From assembly GCA_963805945.1 (NCBI GenBank), contig CAWDVP010000006.1, positions 96,001 through 160,000 on the forward strand: a stretch of 64,000 nucleotides of DNA, written 5' to 3'. The notes beneath the pieces are model-generated. The model was not told where the DNA came from. It made no database searches and worked only from the letters and a program-made list of their open reading frames with translations. The position numbers were made by a program, and so were the translations under genes. Shown piece by piece: positions 25,234-35,533 of the stretch; the first letter of the stretch is position 1, and each line of letters starts with the position of its first letter. This stretch comes from Vulcanimicrobiota bacterium (GTDB lineage Bacteria; Vulcanimicrobiota; Vulcanimicrobiia; Eremiobacterales; Eremiobacteraceae).

Positions 25234-25272
25234 TTGGATTGAGTATTTAGGCGCCAGATTCGCTCTTTCCCG

Positions 25273-25878
25273 TCACCTATTCAGTTGGAGCAGCCGCTTG
25301 CGCAGTGCCCGCACGGCGCGGCCGCGATGCGAAACCGCGTGCTTCCTCTCCATCCCCGCCTCGCCGAACGTGCAGCCATACGGCGGATAGAAAAAGATCG
25401 GGTCGTAGCCGAAGCCGGCAACACCGCGCGGCTCCATCGCGATCTCGCCCTCGACCTCTCCACGCGCCACCACCGGCTCATGCCCCGGCACCACCAACGC
25501 GCACACGCACACGAAACGCGCCCGCCTGCTCGCACCCGGCCGCTCGCGCAACTGGCGCAGCATGTGCTCGTTTCGCTCCGAAGGCGTCGAGCTCGGCGAT
25601 GGCGTGCGCGCGGACAACACCCCGGGCCCCCAATCCAGCCCTTCCACTTCTATCCCCGAATCATCCGCCAGCGCCGGACCGCCATACACGCGAGCCAACG
25701 CCGCCGCCTTCAGCACCGCGTTGCCCTCATACGTAGGAGCCGTTTCATCGACCTCAGGATACTCATCACCGGCGATCACCAACGGCGGCGGCGAAGACCC
25801 CCACAACGTCACGATCTCGCGGAACTTATCCAGATTCTTGGTGGCCACGGCGATCGGCCGCAGCGGATCGAGCGGCAA
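25273..25878 (-). CDS. rdgB: Non-canonical purine NTP pyrophosphatase (RdgB/HAM1)
   Basis: ATKN, ADDSG, FGYDPIF, SHRGRA. Confidence 0.95.
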   Translation of the reverse strand: MPLDPLRPIAVATKNLDKFREIVTLWGSSPPPLVIAGDEYPEVDETAPTYEGNAVLKAAALARVYGGPALADDSGIEVEGLDWGPGVLSARTPSPSSTPSERNEHMLRQLRERPGASRRARFVCVCALVVPGHEPVVARGEVEGEIAMEPRGVAGFGYDPIFFYPPYGCTFGEAGMERKHAVSHRGRAVRALRKRLLQLNR

Positions 25879-25885
25879 GACAGAC

Positions 25886-27712
25886 CTACGCGTCGCGATT
25901 CAGCTGCAGCACCGCCATGAACGCCTCCTGCGGCAGCTCGACATTGCCCACTTGCTTCATCCGCTTCTTGCCCTCTTTTTGCTTCTCGAGCAGCTTGCGC
26001 TTCCGCGAGATGTCGCCGCCATAGCACTTCGCCAACACGTTCTTGCGCATCGCCTTGACCGTCTCGCGCGCCAAGATCTTGTTCCCGATCGCCGCCTGGA
26101 TTGGCACGTCGAACATCTGCCGCGGAATCACATCCTTCAGCCGCTCCGCCAACAGCCGTCCCCACAGCGGCGCCTTATCCCGATGCATGATGAACGACAG
26201 CGCATCCACCGACTCGCCATTCAACAAAATATCCAGCTTGACGAGCTCGCCCTCGCGATACCCCATCAGCTCGTAATCCATGCTCGCATAGCCCTTGGTC
26301 CGCGACTTCAACTGATCGAAGAAATCGATGATCACCTCGGCCAACGGCAACTCGTACACGAACAGCACCCGCAGCGGCGACAGATAGTCCATCGACACCA
26401 TGGTCCCGCGCCGCGTCTGGCACAGATCCATGATCGCCCCGACATAATCCGCGGGCGAGATGATGGAGCAGCGCACGAACGGCTCTTCCAAGCTCGCGAT
26501 CTCGGTCGGCGGCGGCAGCTTCGCCGGATTGTCGATCGTCAACTCGGTCCCATCGGTCATCTTCACGTGATACACCACCGACGGCGACGTCGCGATCAAC
26601 GACAGCGCATACTCCCGCTCCAACCGCTCCTGCACGATCTCCATATGCAGCAGTCCAAGGAATCCGCACCGGAACCCGAACCCCAACGCGATCGACGACT
26701 CCGGCTCGTACGACAGCGATGCATCGTTGAGCTTCAGCTTCTCCAGCGCATCGCGCAGCTCGCCGTAATCGTCACCCTCGTTCGGATACAGCCCGCAGTA
26801 CACCATCGGCGTCACCTTGCGGTACCCCGGCAGCGGCACGTGCGCGGGCGACCCCGCATCCGTCAATGTGTCGCCCACCGAGATCTCCGACAACGACTTG
26901 ATGTTGGCGATGACGTACCCCACCTCGCCCAGATCCAGCTTCTCGCACGCCTGCATCGCCGGCTTGAACTTGCCGACCTCGGCCACTTCGAACACCCGGT
27001 CCGCATTCATCGAGCGGATCTTCATGCCGCCCCGCAGCACGCCGTCCACCACCCGGATATACAAGATGACGCCGCGGTACGCGTCGTAATGCGAATCGAA
27101 CACCAATGCGCGCAGATGGTCGGCGCTCCCCTTGGGCGGCGGCATCCACCGCACGATCGCCTCGAGGATCTCCCGCGTCCCGATGCCCTCCTTGGCCGAC
27201 GCCAAGATGCAGCGCGAGCGCTCGATCGCCAACGTCTCCTCGACATCGCGGATCACCGCCTCCGGATCAGCCGACGGCAGGTCGATCTTGTTGATGACCG
27301 GCACGATCTCGAGCTTGGCCTCGTCCGCGAGATAGAAATTCGCCAGCGTCTGCGCCTCAATGCCCTGCGCCGCATCGATCACCAGCAGCGCGCCCTCGCA
27401 CGCCGACATCGAGCGCGATACCTCGTAGGTGAAATCCACATGCCCCGGCGTGTCGATGAGGTTGAGCTCGTACAGCTCGCCGTCCTCGGCCCGGTACTGC
27501 AACGTCACGGGGTGCGCCTTGATGGTGATGCCGCGCTCGCGCTCCAGGTCCATGGAATCGAGCACCTGATCCGACATGTCACGCGCCGCCATGGCGCCCG
27601 TCACCTCGAGCAGGCGGTCCGAGAGCGTCGTCTTACCGTGATCGATATGCGCCGTGATACAAAAATTGCGCACGAGACTATTCGTGCGCAGGCCTGCGAC
27701 GCGATGGGTCAT
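25886..27712 (-). CDS. lepA: Elongation factor 4
   Basis: [35 protein letters not shown]. Confidence 0.97.
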   Translation of the reverse strand: MTHRVAGLRTNSLVRNFCITAHIDHGKTTLSDRLLEVTGAMAARDMSDQVLDSMDLERERGITIKAHPVTLQYRAEDGELYELNLIDTPGHVDFTYEVSRSMSACEGALLVIDAAQGIEAQTLANFYLADEAKLEIVPVINKIDLPSADPEAVIRDVEETLAIERSRCILASAKEGIGTREILEAIVRWMPPPKGSADHLRALVFDSHYDAYRGVILYIRVVDGVLRGGMKIRSMNADRVFEVAEVGKFKPAMQACEKLDLGEVGYVIANIKSLSEISVGDTLTDAGSPAHVPLPGYRKVTPMVYCGLYPNEGDDYGELRDALEKLKLNDASLSYEPESSIALGFGFRCGFLGLLHMEIVQERLEREYALSLIATSPSVVYHVKMTDGTELTIDNPAKLPPPTEIASLEEPFVRCSIISPADYVGAIMDLCQTRRGTMVSMDYLSPLRVLFVYELPLAEVIIDFFDQLKSRTKGYASMDYELMGYREGELVKLDILLNGESVDALSFIMHRDKAPLWGRLLAERLKDVIPRQMFDVPIQAAIGNKILARETVKAMRKNVLAKCYGGDISRKRKLLEKQKEGKKRMKQVGNVELPQEAFMAVLQLNRDA

Positions 27713-27771
27713 CCGGAAATCAAACGAGAGGCGTTCACGCCTCCCGCATTCGCCAGCGGCACGGGACTCTC

Positions 27772-28821
27772 TTATCTCAACTGCGCGAGTTGACTCGGCG
27801 TGGGCGAGATCGAGCCCGACAGGAACGGCACCGGGCTGATGGGCCGTCCGTCCTGGTGAACCTCATAGTGCACGTGTGGCCCGGTCGCGAAGCCCGTGGA
27901 CCCCAGGCGCGCGATCTCCTGACCTTTGCGGACGAATTCCCCGGGGCTGACCAACGCGGCCGAGTTATGCCCATACCAGGTGACATAGCCGTTGCCGTGG
28001 TCGATGGCCACCTTGATGCCGAAGCCGCCATCCCAGCCCGCTTCGATGACCGTGCCGGCCGCGGTCGCAAGCACCGGCGCGCCGTAGTAATTGACGATAT
28101 CGACGCCGCTATGGAAGCCGACGTCCGGATACGAGCGGTAGCCGAAGCCCGACGAGATCGAACCGTCGGTCGGCCAGATGGACGGTATGGCGTCGAGCAT
28201 GCGCTGATATGCGAGCGACGCCTCTTCGCGCACCTGCGCGACCTTCGCCGCCTCGTGCTTGAGCTTCACCGCGTCCGTGTACACGAGATCGAGGCCGGCA
28301 TCCAACGAGCTGAGCTGCGCGGACTCCGATGCGAAGGTCGCCGAGCCGCCGCGCCCCATGCCAAGCCACGCGACCGCCTGCGTCCACCACGGTCCGTGCA
28401 CCGGCAGATAATCGATGGCCTGACCCTCGCCGCTTGGCAGCATCGCGGTCGGCTTCTCCGCCTTGGCGGGCACCGGCGCGACCTTGTCGCCGCGACGCAC
28501 CGGCGCCGTCAGCTGTTTGATCTCTTGATGCTCTTGCTGGATGCGGTCCAACTGCTGCCACATGTGGTTGGTCTGATTCGAGAAATTGACGAGCTGCTGT
28601 TGCTGGGTCGCGTTGACCCGCTGCAGCTCACGCAGTTTGGCCTCTTCCGCCCGGAACTGCACCACATGCTCGGTGAAGAACGCGAGGAACAGCGAGACGA
28701 TGCAGGCGGCCAGGATCGCCAGATGGCCGTGGGTCAGCTCGAGCTTATAGATCGAGCACGCGTCGTGCGGGATGATCTTGATGAGGACGCGCTTGCTCCA
28801 CGTATCGGGGGTTTTGGCCAA
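27772..28821 (-). CDS. M23 family metallopeptidase with coiled coil
   Basis: HSGVD and HVH motifs, N-terminal TM. Confidence 0.9.
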   Translation of the reverse strand: MAKTPDTWSKRVLIKIIPHDACSIYKLELTHGHLAILAACIVSLFLAFFTEHVVQFRAEEAKLRELQRVNATQQQQLVNFSNQTNHMWQQLDRIQQEHQEIKQLTAPVRRGDKVAPVPAKAEKPTAMLPSGEGQAIDYLPVHGPWWTQAVAWLGMGRGGSATFASESAQLSSLDAGLDLVYTDAVKLKHEAAKVAQVREEASLAYQRMLDAIPSIWPTDGSISSGFGYRSYPDVGFHSGVDIVNYYGAPVLATAAGTVIEAGWDGGFGIKVAIDHGNGYVTWYGHNSAALVSPGEFVRKGQEIARLGSTGFATGPHVHYEVHQDGRPISPVPFLSGSISPTPSQLAQLR

Positions 28822-28834
28822 CGGACTCCTCCGG

Positions 28835-29317
28835 TTACGAACGGTCGCGCTTGCTGTGCGCCACCGCGATGTCTAGGGCGCGACGCTCTTCGACGCTCAT
28901 ATCCTTGTCGGCGGCGAAGTCGCGGACTGCTTTCGCGTAGCTCCTGACCTCCTCGCGCGAATAGATGCTGGAGATCAGAAACCCATTGCCGCGGCCGTCA
29001 ATGGCGGCAAGCGCGTACGACAGCTCCGAACCGACGTCGGCAAACGCGTTGAAGCGCACGAACCCTACGTGCTGCAGGGCATCTACGGAGGCGGCCTCGA
29101 GGGCTGCCACCCGGCTGCGCAACTCGTCCAGGCTCCGCTTCTCTATCCCCGGCCCCGCCTGGTTAGCGGTGATCCCGGAGCTTCGGAACCTAGGCCGCGC
29201 AACGGCCCAATGATAGATCGCCAACACGACGATCGAGCTTGCGGCGGCAATCAGAACAATGAATAGAATCGCCGCAGGGCTCATGCCGGCTCCGAATGAC
29301 GCCGCAGCGTCGCTCAT
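28835..29317 (-). CDS. DUF4446-like membrane protein
   Basis: VGFVRFNAFADVGSELS...SIYSREE..YAK. Confidence 0.75.
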   Translation of the reverse strand: MSDAAASFGAGMSPAAILFIVLIAAASSIVVLAIYHWAVARPRFRSSGITANQAGPGIEKRSLDELRSRVAALEAASVDALQHVGFVRFNAFADVGSELSYALAAIDGRGNGFLISSIYSREEVRSYAKAVRDFAADKDMSVEERRALDIAVAHSKRDRS

Positions 29318-29426
29318 GAGACGAGCACCCCCCTAGTTTCTAATCGGGAACTACCTGTCCCCCCTGAATCCCGCTGTACCAATGTGACTTGTCCCACAAT
29401 CCGACACCTCGCGCCCGCAGCTGAAA

Positions 29427-29547
29427 GGGGGCTCGGGCCGCGAGATGACCGCGGCGCCCGAAAGGTCCCACATGCCGCTGCTACCTTCCGGTCCTGACGG
29501 GATTAGCGGGTTTTCGTCGCGCGGGTCCCGTTGCCGTCAACGCCCCC
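29427..29547 (-). ncRNA. ffs: Signal recognition particle RNA (ends approximate)
   Basis: Domain IV signature TCAGGACCGGAAGGTAGCAGC within a long hairpin. Confidence 0.9.
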
Positions 29548-29568
29548 ACGAAGTCGAGCGCACAGATC

Positions 29569-29656
29569 CGGAGAGGGAGGGATTCGAACCCTCGAGACGG
29601 GTTTAGCGCCTACACGATTTCCAGTCGTGCCTGATCGACCACTCCAGCACCTCTCC
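29569..29656 (-). tRNA. tRNA-Ser (GGA)
   Basis: Anticodon loop CTGGAAA, long variable arm. Confidence 0.94.
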
Positions 29657-29704
29657 GCACGAATGCGCATGCTTCAAGTACGGCCGTGGTCATCCTTGCC
29701 GTTC

Positions 29705-30268
29705 TCACGGGGCATTGCTGCGCGTCACCTCCGCGCAGGTCCAATCGATCGTACCGAACACGGTGCCCCCGCGCTCGTCGCCGTTCTGCCCGTACAGCGT
29801 CCGATAGTTCTCGAAGCTCGCGCTGCCGCCGTGACCCCCGTCGCGGATGGTGATGGTCACCTTCGTGTCAGGTCGCTCCTCGAGCGTCGTACCATGCGGA
29901 AATCCCGGGCCCCGTGCCACGTTCAAGATGACCCAGCTCAAGACGCGCGAGATTCCTTCGTGCGCCGCCGCAGACTCATTGTAGGTGCCGTCGCCGTTGT
30001 ACTCGGGCACGAGCACCTCGCCGCCTTCGATCACGTCATCGCCCTCGAAGGTCGCGCTGTACCCGTTGAGCAGCTTGCCGCCGGGCTTGCCGACGAAGCA
30101 ACGCTTCACCGCCGCATCATGCGAGAGGCGGATCGCACCGTGCACCGAGATGTGCGCGACCGGCGCAGCCGAGGCCGACGGCTCTGCCGATCCATTCGAA
30201 CCAGACCTATGGCCGCAACCGGCGCACGTCAGCGCGACGGCGATGAGCGCAGCCGCTAGACGGCGCAT
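29705..30268 (-). CDS. Hypothetical lipoprotein
   Basis: MRRLAAALIAVALTCAGC lipobox. Confidence 0.75.
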   Translation of the reverse strand: MRRLAAALIAVALTCAGCGHRSGSNGSAEPSASAAPVAHISVHGAIRLSHDAAVKRCFVGKPGGKLLNGYSATFEGDDVIEGGEVLVPEYNGDGTYNESAAAHEGISRVLSWVILNVARGPGFPHGTTLEERPDTKVTITIRDGGHGGSASFENYRTLYGQNGDERGGTVFGTIDWTCAEVTRSNAP

Positions 30269-30291
30269 CCGCGAGACCTCACGTTCCACGC

Positions 30292-30381
30292 TGGCGGAGA
30301 GGGTGGGATTTGAACCCACGAACGGGTTTAGCCGTTACTCGCTTTCGAGGCGAGCGCGATCAACCACTCTGCCACCTCTCC
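30292..30381 (-). tRNA. tRNA-Ser (CGA)
   Basis: Anticodon loop CTCGAAA, encoded CCA. Confidence 0.94.
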
Positions 30382-30394
30382 ACGCACTATGTTC

Positions 30395-30421
30395 GAGCCG
30401 ACCTCCAGGTAGGCCCCTACA
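30395..30421 (-). repeat. REP-like palindrome family B, overlapping tadA stop
   Basis: TGTAGGGGCCTACCTGGAGGTCGGCTC. Confidence 0.7.
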
Positions 30422-30899
30422 GTTCCTCCTGCGTGCGGCGCGCCTGGAAGAACGCGCGCAACATCTCTGACGACTCTTCCGCGAGCACTCCCTTCTCGAC
30501 GACGATGCGATGGTTCAAGCGCGGGTCGTCGAGGATGTTGAGCACGGAACCCGCGCCGCCGCCCTTCGGATCCGGGCAGCCGTACACGAGCCGATCGATG
30601 CGCGCCGCGACGCACGCGCCGGCGCACATGATGCACGGCTCCTTCGTGACGTACAGCGTCGCCCCCGTCAGCCGCCATCCGCCGCGCTGCGCGGCCGCCT
30701 GCCGCAGCGCGACCATTTCGGCATGCGCGGTCGGATCGTGATTCGCTTCCTTTTGATTGAAGCCCACCACTGCGACCTCGCCGTCGATGACGACGACGGC
30801 GCCGACCGGCACGTCGCCGTGGCGCTCCGCGGTGCCCGCGAGCTTGAGCGCTTTGCGCATGAACCCCGCATCGATCTCTGCCGCCGGCTTCGTCTGCAT
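30417..30899 (-). CDS. tadA: tRNA adenosine(34) deaminase
   Basis: HAE, EPCIMC, LNHR, FFQARR. Confidence 0.95.
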   Translation of the reverse strand: MQTKPAAEIDAGFMRKALKLAGTAERHGDVPVGAVVVIDGEVAVVGFNQKEANHDPTAHAEMVALRQAAAQRGGWRLTGATLYVTKEPCIMCAGACVAARIDRLVYGCPDPKGGGAGSVLNILDDPRLNHRIVVEKGVLAEESSEMLRAFFQARRTQEEL

Positions 30900-30912
30900 C
30901 TATCTCACTTCT

Positions 30913-30986
30913 CGCGCCCGAGTGGGCTCGAACCACCAACCTTCGGCTTCGGAGGCCGACACTCTATCCAATTGAGCTACGGGCGC
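30913..30986 (-). tRNA. tRNA-Arg (CCG)
   Basis: Anticodon loop CTCCGAA. Confidence 0.94.
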
Positions 30987-30992
30987 GCGGCT

Positions 30993-31064
30993 TGCCTCGG
31001 GCAAGAATCGAACTTGCGACCAAGGGCTTATGAGTCCCCTGCTCTACCGCTGAGCTACCGAGGC
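30993..31064 (-). tRNA. tRNA with CAT anticodon (probably Ile2, alternatively elongator Met)
   Basis: Anticodon loop CTCATAA; paired 1:72 so not initiator. Confidence 0.9.
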
Positions 31065-31079
31065 ATGATGGGAAGAAAG

Positions 31080-31154
31080 CGCGCTCGGAGGGACTCGAAC
31101 CCCCGACCTCCAGATTCGTAGTCTGGCATTCTAATCCAGCTGAACTACGAGCGC
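31080..31154 (-). tRNA. tRNA-Arg (ACG)
   Basis: Anticodon loop CTACGAA. Confidence 0.94.
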
Positions 31155-31169
31155 GTGATGGGATGGCTT

Positions 31170-31262
31170 CGGAGAGAGAGGGATTCGAACCCTCGATAGC
31201 GCCTTTACAGCACTATAACGGTTTAGCAAACCGCCGCCTTCAGCCAACTCGGCCATCTCTCC
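31170..31262 (-). tRNA. tRNA-Ser (GCT)
   Basis: Anticodon loop TTGCTAA, long variable arm. Confidence 0.94.
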
Positions 31263-31300
31263 TCGGGACGTTTCAGTTTACCATATGACGCAGCGCTTGT

Positions 31301-32464
31301 TCAAGCCGGAGCAAGTCCCCGGATGATCGTCGCTACGTCTTCTGCCGCGCGCGGCCGCGCCAAACGCCTCGCCTCGTCGCGCATCGCGTCGAGCGCCGCC
31401 GGATCCGCCAGCAATCGGTCCAGCGCCTGCGTGAGCTCGCGCGCTCCGCGCACCAACACGCCCGCACCCGCTGCCTCGAGATAGCGCGCGTTGCGCTCCT
31501 CCTGGCCCGGCAACGGCCGCAGCATCACCAACGGCAGCGTCTCCGCCAGCGCCTCTGAACTCGTCAGACCACCGGGCTTGCTGATGAGCACGTCAGCGGC
31601 GTGCATGTATTCGTAGACGTTGCCGACGAAGCCGACCACGGTCACCGGATATCGCACGCTGCGCGCAGCCTCTATGAGCCGCCGTTGCAGTTGCGGATTC
31701 TTGCCGACCACCACCACCGTCTGCACGTGATGCTCGAGACGCCCTATGCCCTCGAGCGCTTTCTCCAACGGCCCGATGCCGACGCCGCCGCCCATGAGCA
31801 GCAACGTCGACCGATCCGGATGCAGGCCGAGCCGTCGCCGCGTCTCGCGCTTATCTGCGCGCGCGCCGAAACGTTCGTCGATCGGGATGCCGGTGACGTT
31901 GACGCGCTCGGGCGCGACGCCGCGCGAGATGAGCGTCTGGCGCATGGCCGATGTCGCGACCGCGTACGCGTCGATGTTGCGATGGATCCAGAACGGGTGC
32001 ACCACGAAATCGGTGACCACGCCGACGACCGCGGGCGCATCTGCGAACTCGCGCTTGTACTCCGCCATCACGCCGCACGGGAACGCGTGCGTGCAGACGA
32101 CGACGTCGGGCGCGCGCTCCGCGACGTACTGGCGCAGGTTGAGCGCGGTGTAGCGATGGAGCCATTTCTTGAACGGCGACACGTGCGTCGCGCGTTCCGC
32201 CTGATCGTAGATCATGCCGTACAGCTGCGGCAGCATCTTCACCATGCCGATGTAGCCGTTGCTCGCCAGGTGATGGAACGTCTCGGAGGCGTACCGGTAC
32301 GAGTCGACCACGTCGCATTGGCACTCAGGCGCGCGCTGGGCCATGATGCCGCAGATCGCCTGCGCCGCCGCCGTGTGCCCTTCACCGACGCTCGCTGAGA
32401 GGAACAGCACCTTGGGCGTGCGCGTCCAGGTCGCGCGCGGCCGCACGTCAGTCTGCAGCATCAC
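31301..32464 (-). CDS. Diacylglycerol glycosyltransferase (MGDG synthase/UgtP-like, GT28)
   Basis: GEGH, VVTDF..H..W, GIPI, KPGGLT, PGQEERNA. Confidence 0.9.
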   Translation of the reverse strand: MMLQTDVRPRATWTRTPKVLFLSASVGEGHTAAAQAICGIMAQRAPECQCDVVDSYRYASETFHHLASNGYIGMVKMLPQLYGMIYDQAERATHVSPFKKWLHRYTALNLRQYVAERAPDVVVCTHAFPCGVMAEYKREFADAPAVVGVVTDFVVHPFWIHRNIDAYAVATSAMRQTLISRGVAPERVNVTGIPIDERFGARADKRETRRRLGLHPDRSTLLLMGGGVGIGPLEKALEGIGRLEHHVQTVVVVGKNPQLQRRLIEAARSVRYPVTVVGFVGNVYEYMHAADVLISKPGGLTSSEALAETLPLVMLRPLPGQEERNARYLEAAGAGVLVRGARELTQALDRLLADPAALDAMRDEARRLARPRAAEDVATIIRGLAPA

Positions 32465-32751
32465 GACTCGTCGGCGTGCTTGAGGAAATCATCGAGCACT
32501 TCTTGCGCGAGCGCGGTGTCGTCCACGAGCGCCCCGAACGCGTTGGTCACCATGAACTCGTCGACGGTTTCGCAGTAGCAGATCGCGTAATGGGTCTCCC
32601 CTTCCGGCTCCTCGAGCAGCCCGACGACTTCGAATTCGACCTCGCGCGGCGGTGCATCCGGGGTGGCGCCGCCGAGCGCGGTGACGACCACGATCGTGTC
32701 GCCCAATTCGACCCGCTGTGCGCTATGTTGCGTGCCGTTGTCCACTGTCAT
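32461..32751 (-). CDS. Small acidic hypothetical protein (DUF1292-like)
   Basis: Acidic ORF near ruvX/mltG, overlapping next start. Confidence 0.6.
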   Translation of the reverse strand: MTVDNGTQHSAQRVELGDTIVVVTALGGATPDAPPREVEFEVVGLLEEPEGETHYAICYCETVDEFMVTNAFGALVDDTALAQEVLDDFLKHADES

Positions 32752-32785
32752 GTGCTTTGACGCGTATCCGAAAAGCACCCTTTCC

Positions 32786-33772
32786 TCAGTGCAGGTAGCG
32801 CCGCTCCGCCGCCTGCTGCTCCGCCAAGGTGTGCGAGAAATGGTGGTGCCCTCCGCCCGCATACACGTAATACAGATACTCGGTATGCGCCGGATGCAGC
32901 GCGGCCTGGATCGACGCGATACCCGGATTCGAGATCGGCGTGGGCGGCAGGCCGATGTGCGCATAGGTGTTGTACGGGCTGTCCACCGCGAGATCGCTGT
33001 AGTGCAGCACGTTCTTGTGCTGCGGGAGCGCATACTCGATGGTCGCATCCACCTCGAGCGGCATGCCGCGCTTGAGGCGGTTGTAGTAGACCGATGCCAT
33101 GAGCCGGCGCTCGCTATCGAGCTTCGCCTCGCGCTCGATGATCGACGCGACGGTGACGATCTCCGGCAGGCTCAAGCCGATGTGGCGCGCCAAGCGCTCG
33201 TAATCCTTGGGCAGCTTCTTGCGGAATTGGTCGGTCATCTGCGTCGCGATCGCTTGCGGCGTCGCGTCGCGCCTGATCTGATACGTGTCGGGATACAGGT
33301 AGCCTTCGAGCCCGCGCGTGAGCGCGCCGCCGAAGAGCAGGCTGTTCTGATTGACCACCGCGATAAAGCCCGCCGGGTCGCCGAGGTTCTGCGCGGCGAG
33401 CCGGTGCGCGATCTCGCGCGCCGTGTAGCCCTCCGGAATCGTCACCCACACGACCGACGGATGGCCGCCGGACGCGAGCCGATCGACGACCTCCACCAGC
33501 GTCTGGTGCGCAGGGAAGTCATAATCAGCCGCGTTGACGCGTGACGCCACGCCGCGGAATTTCGCATAGAACTTGAGCAGCACGTCCGCGCGGATCACGC
33601 CGGCGTCGCGCAGCAGCTGGCCGATCTCCCCGATGCCGTCGCCGGACGGCACAGTGACCGTCACCGGCGCGACCGGCAACGAACGGTCCCCCGCGATCAT
33701 CCATCCGAGAAACCCGATGAAGATAAACGCGAGCACCAGCGCGCCAGCGAACGCCGTCCACACGACTCGCAC
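32786..33772 (-). CDS. mltG: Endolytic transglycosylase
   Basis: TIPEG, EGYLYPDTY, ASIIERE, SPYNTY, GLPPTPISNPG. Confidence 0.95.
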   Translation of the reverse strand: MRVVWTAFAGALVLAFIFIGFLGWMIAGDRSLPVAPVTVTVPSGDGIGEIGQLLRDAGVIRADVLLKFYAKFRGVASRVNAADYDFPAHQTLVEVVDRLASGGHPSVVWVTIPEGYTAREIAHRLAAQNLGDPAGFIAVVNQNSLLFGGALTRGLEGYLYPDTYQIRRDATPQAIATQMTDQFRKKLPKDYERLARHIGLSLPEIVTVASIIEREAKLDSERRLMASVYYNRLKRGMPLEVDATIEYALPQHKNVLHYSDLAVDSPYNTYAHIGLPPTPISNPGIASIQAALHPAHTEYLYYVYAGGGHHHFSHTLAEQQAAERRYLH

Positions 33773-33773
33773 G

Positions 33774-34202
33774 TCAGCGCTCCTGCCCGCGGACGCCGGC
33801 GCGATACGATTCCAAGATCTCCACCGCCGCAAGACGGTCGACGACCTCGCGCCGCTTGCTCGCGCTCATGCCGGCGTCGTGAAGCCGGCGATCCGCGGCG
33901 GCCGTGGTCAGCCGCTCATCCACGGCGACGACCTCGCCCGCGAACGCGGCGCGCAGCGCCGCGATGAACTTGTCCATCTGCTCCGCCGCCGGCCCGCGGC
34001 TGCCGTCCAAACGCAACGGATAGCCGACGACGATGGTCGCCGCGTCGCGTTCTTTCGCCAGCGCGACCAGCGCGGCGACGTCCTTCTCGCGCGACTGATG
34101 CCGCAGCGTCGTCACCGGCATGGCGGGAAGATCCATGCGTTCGCAGATGGCGACGCCGATACGCACGGAGCCGACGTCGACCGCGATCGTCGGCCGGTTC
34201 AC
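33774..34202 (-). CDS. ruvX: YqgF/RuvX nuclease
   Basis: AVDVGSVRIGVA, VVGYP, DERLTT. Confidence 0.93.
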   Translation of the reverse strand: MNRPTIAVDVGSVRIGVAICERMDLPAMPVTTLRHQSREKDVAALVALAKERDAATIVVGYPLRLDGSRGPAAEQMDKFIAALRAAFAGEVVAVDERLTTAAADRRLHDAGMSASKRREVVDRLAAVEILESYRAGVRGQER

Positions 34203-34996
34203 CGTGCGCCTGCTTTCGCGCTGCGCCGATGCGCGTCGCCCACTGTGAGCGCCTTCGAACGCCGGCCCAGTTGATACTCCACGAAGGGCCGCGTGAGCCG
34301 GCGCAGTCCGGCGATCTCCGGATGCTCGCGCATCGCTTCCAGCGGCACGCTCCGTAAGCTGCGCAGCGCGTTCAGTTCTGCGGCGCTGGCGCTCATGCTC
34401 CCGCCCTGCACCCCGCCCGCGCCGAGCTGCGTCTCGTCGACGCTGCAGCGCTTGCACACCAAGCCGCCCGAACTCGGCGATAGGCGGCAGCGACCGCCGG
34501 CGAGCGGCCGCTCGCCGAGCGCGGAACCGCACCGCGCGCAGGCGTCAAGTTCGGGTGACAGCCCGAGCGCGCCGAGCAGCCGCATGTCGACCGCCGGCGC
34601 CAGCCGGTCGGCGGCCACCCCGGCGCCGATCGCCGCGTGCAGCTCGGAGAGCAGTTCGTAGAGGTCGGGGACGGCCAGATCCGGTTCGACCAGCGCGTCG
34701 ATGACCTCGGCGACATATGAGGCCAGTCCGAACGTCTCCGGTTCGACGAGTTGTTGCCACGCATCCGCGACGCTGCGCGCGCCGGTGACGACCTCGAGAC
34801 TGCGCCCCACATGCAGCGTGAGCGACACGCGATTGAAGAAATCTAGGCGCGCGCCGAAACGGCTCTGCGTCTTGCGGGAGCCTTTTGCGACCGCGTGCAG
34901 CTTGCCGCGCTCGCGCGAGAAGAGCGTGAGGATGCGATCCGCCTCGCCGAGCGGGCGCAGACGGAGCACGAAGGCTTCGACGGTATAGGATTTCAC
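34199..34996 (-). CDS. recO: DNA repair protein RecO
   Basis: GEADRILTLFSRERGK, CxxC zinc motifs. Confidence 0.95.
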   Translation of the reverse strand: MKSYTVEAFVLRLRPLGEADRILTLFSRERGKLHAVAKGSRKTQSRFGARLDFFNRVSLTLHVGRSLEVVTGARSVADAWQQLVEPETFGLASYVAEVIDALVEPDLAVPDLYELLSELHAAIGAGVAADRLAPAVDMRLLGALGLSPELDACARCGSALGERPLAGGRCRLSPSSGGLVCKRCSVDETQLGAGGVQGGSMSASAAELNALRSLRSVPLEAMREHPEIAGLRRLTRPFVEYQLGRRSKALTVGDAHRRSAKAGAR

Positions 34997-35039
34997 GTAC
35001 AGTTGACCGCCGTCGGACGCGGCGGCTGACGAAGAGCCG

Positions 35040-35492
35040 CTAGCGCGCGGCCAGCTCCAACCCTTCGGTCGGCGCCGCGGCTATCGAACGGCCGGTCATC
35101 GGCGACGGCATCAGGTCGTGCAGCTGCATCTTCTCGAACGAGCCGTCCGGCAGGCAGCGCAACACGAGGATGTCCGGTGAGAACTCCGATAGCACCTGAC
35201 GGCACGCACCGCACGGCAGCATGCCCGCGGGGCTGTCGCCTGCGACGGCGATCGCGACAAAGGACCGCACGCCCGCGGCAGCTGCGGCGCCGACGGCGAC
35301 GCGCTCCGCGCACATCGAGAGTCCATACGATGGATTCTCGACGTTGGCGCCGGTGAAGATGCGCCCGTCGGCGGTCAGCAGAGCCGCGCCGACGCGGAAC
35401 TGCGAGTACGGCGCGTACGCCCATAACCACGTCTCCCACGCCTTTTTCGCGAGGGACTCCATGTGCGCTTTGTCGATTCTTGGCACCGACAT
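35040..35492 (-). CDS. cdd: Cytidine deaminase
   Basis: AYAPYS, NVEN, CAE, PCGACRQ. Confidence 0.95.
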   Translation of the reverse strand: MSVPRIDKAHMESLAKKAWETWLWAYAPYSQFRVGAALLTADGRIFTGANVENPSYGLSMCAERVAVGAAAAAGVRSFVAIAVAGDSPAGMLPCGACRQVLSEFSPDILVLRCLPDGSFEKMQLHDLMPSPMTGRSIAAAPTEGLELAAR

Positions 35493-35533
35493 CTCCTTGA
35501 TGAATGCCGCGATGCATCGTCGCGGTTCGCGTG

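Noticed and set aside
24216..31262. Possible CRISPR-like or tandem repeat pattern
   Set aside because: The recurring TTCGAACC/GAGCTA strings are tRNA T- and D-arm sequences; there is no repeat-spacer periodicity and no cas gene.
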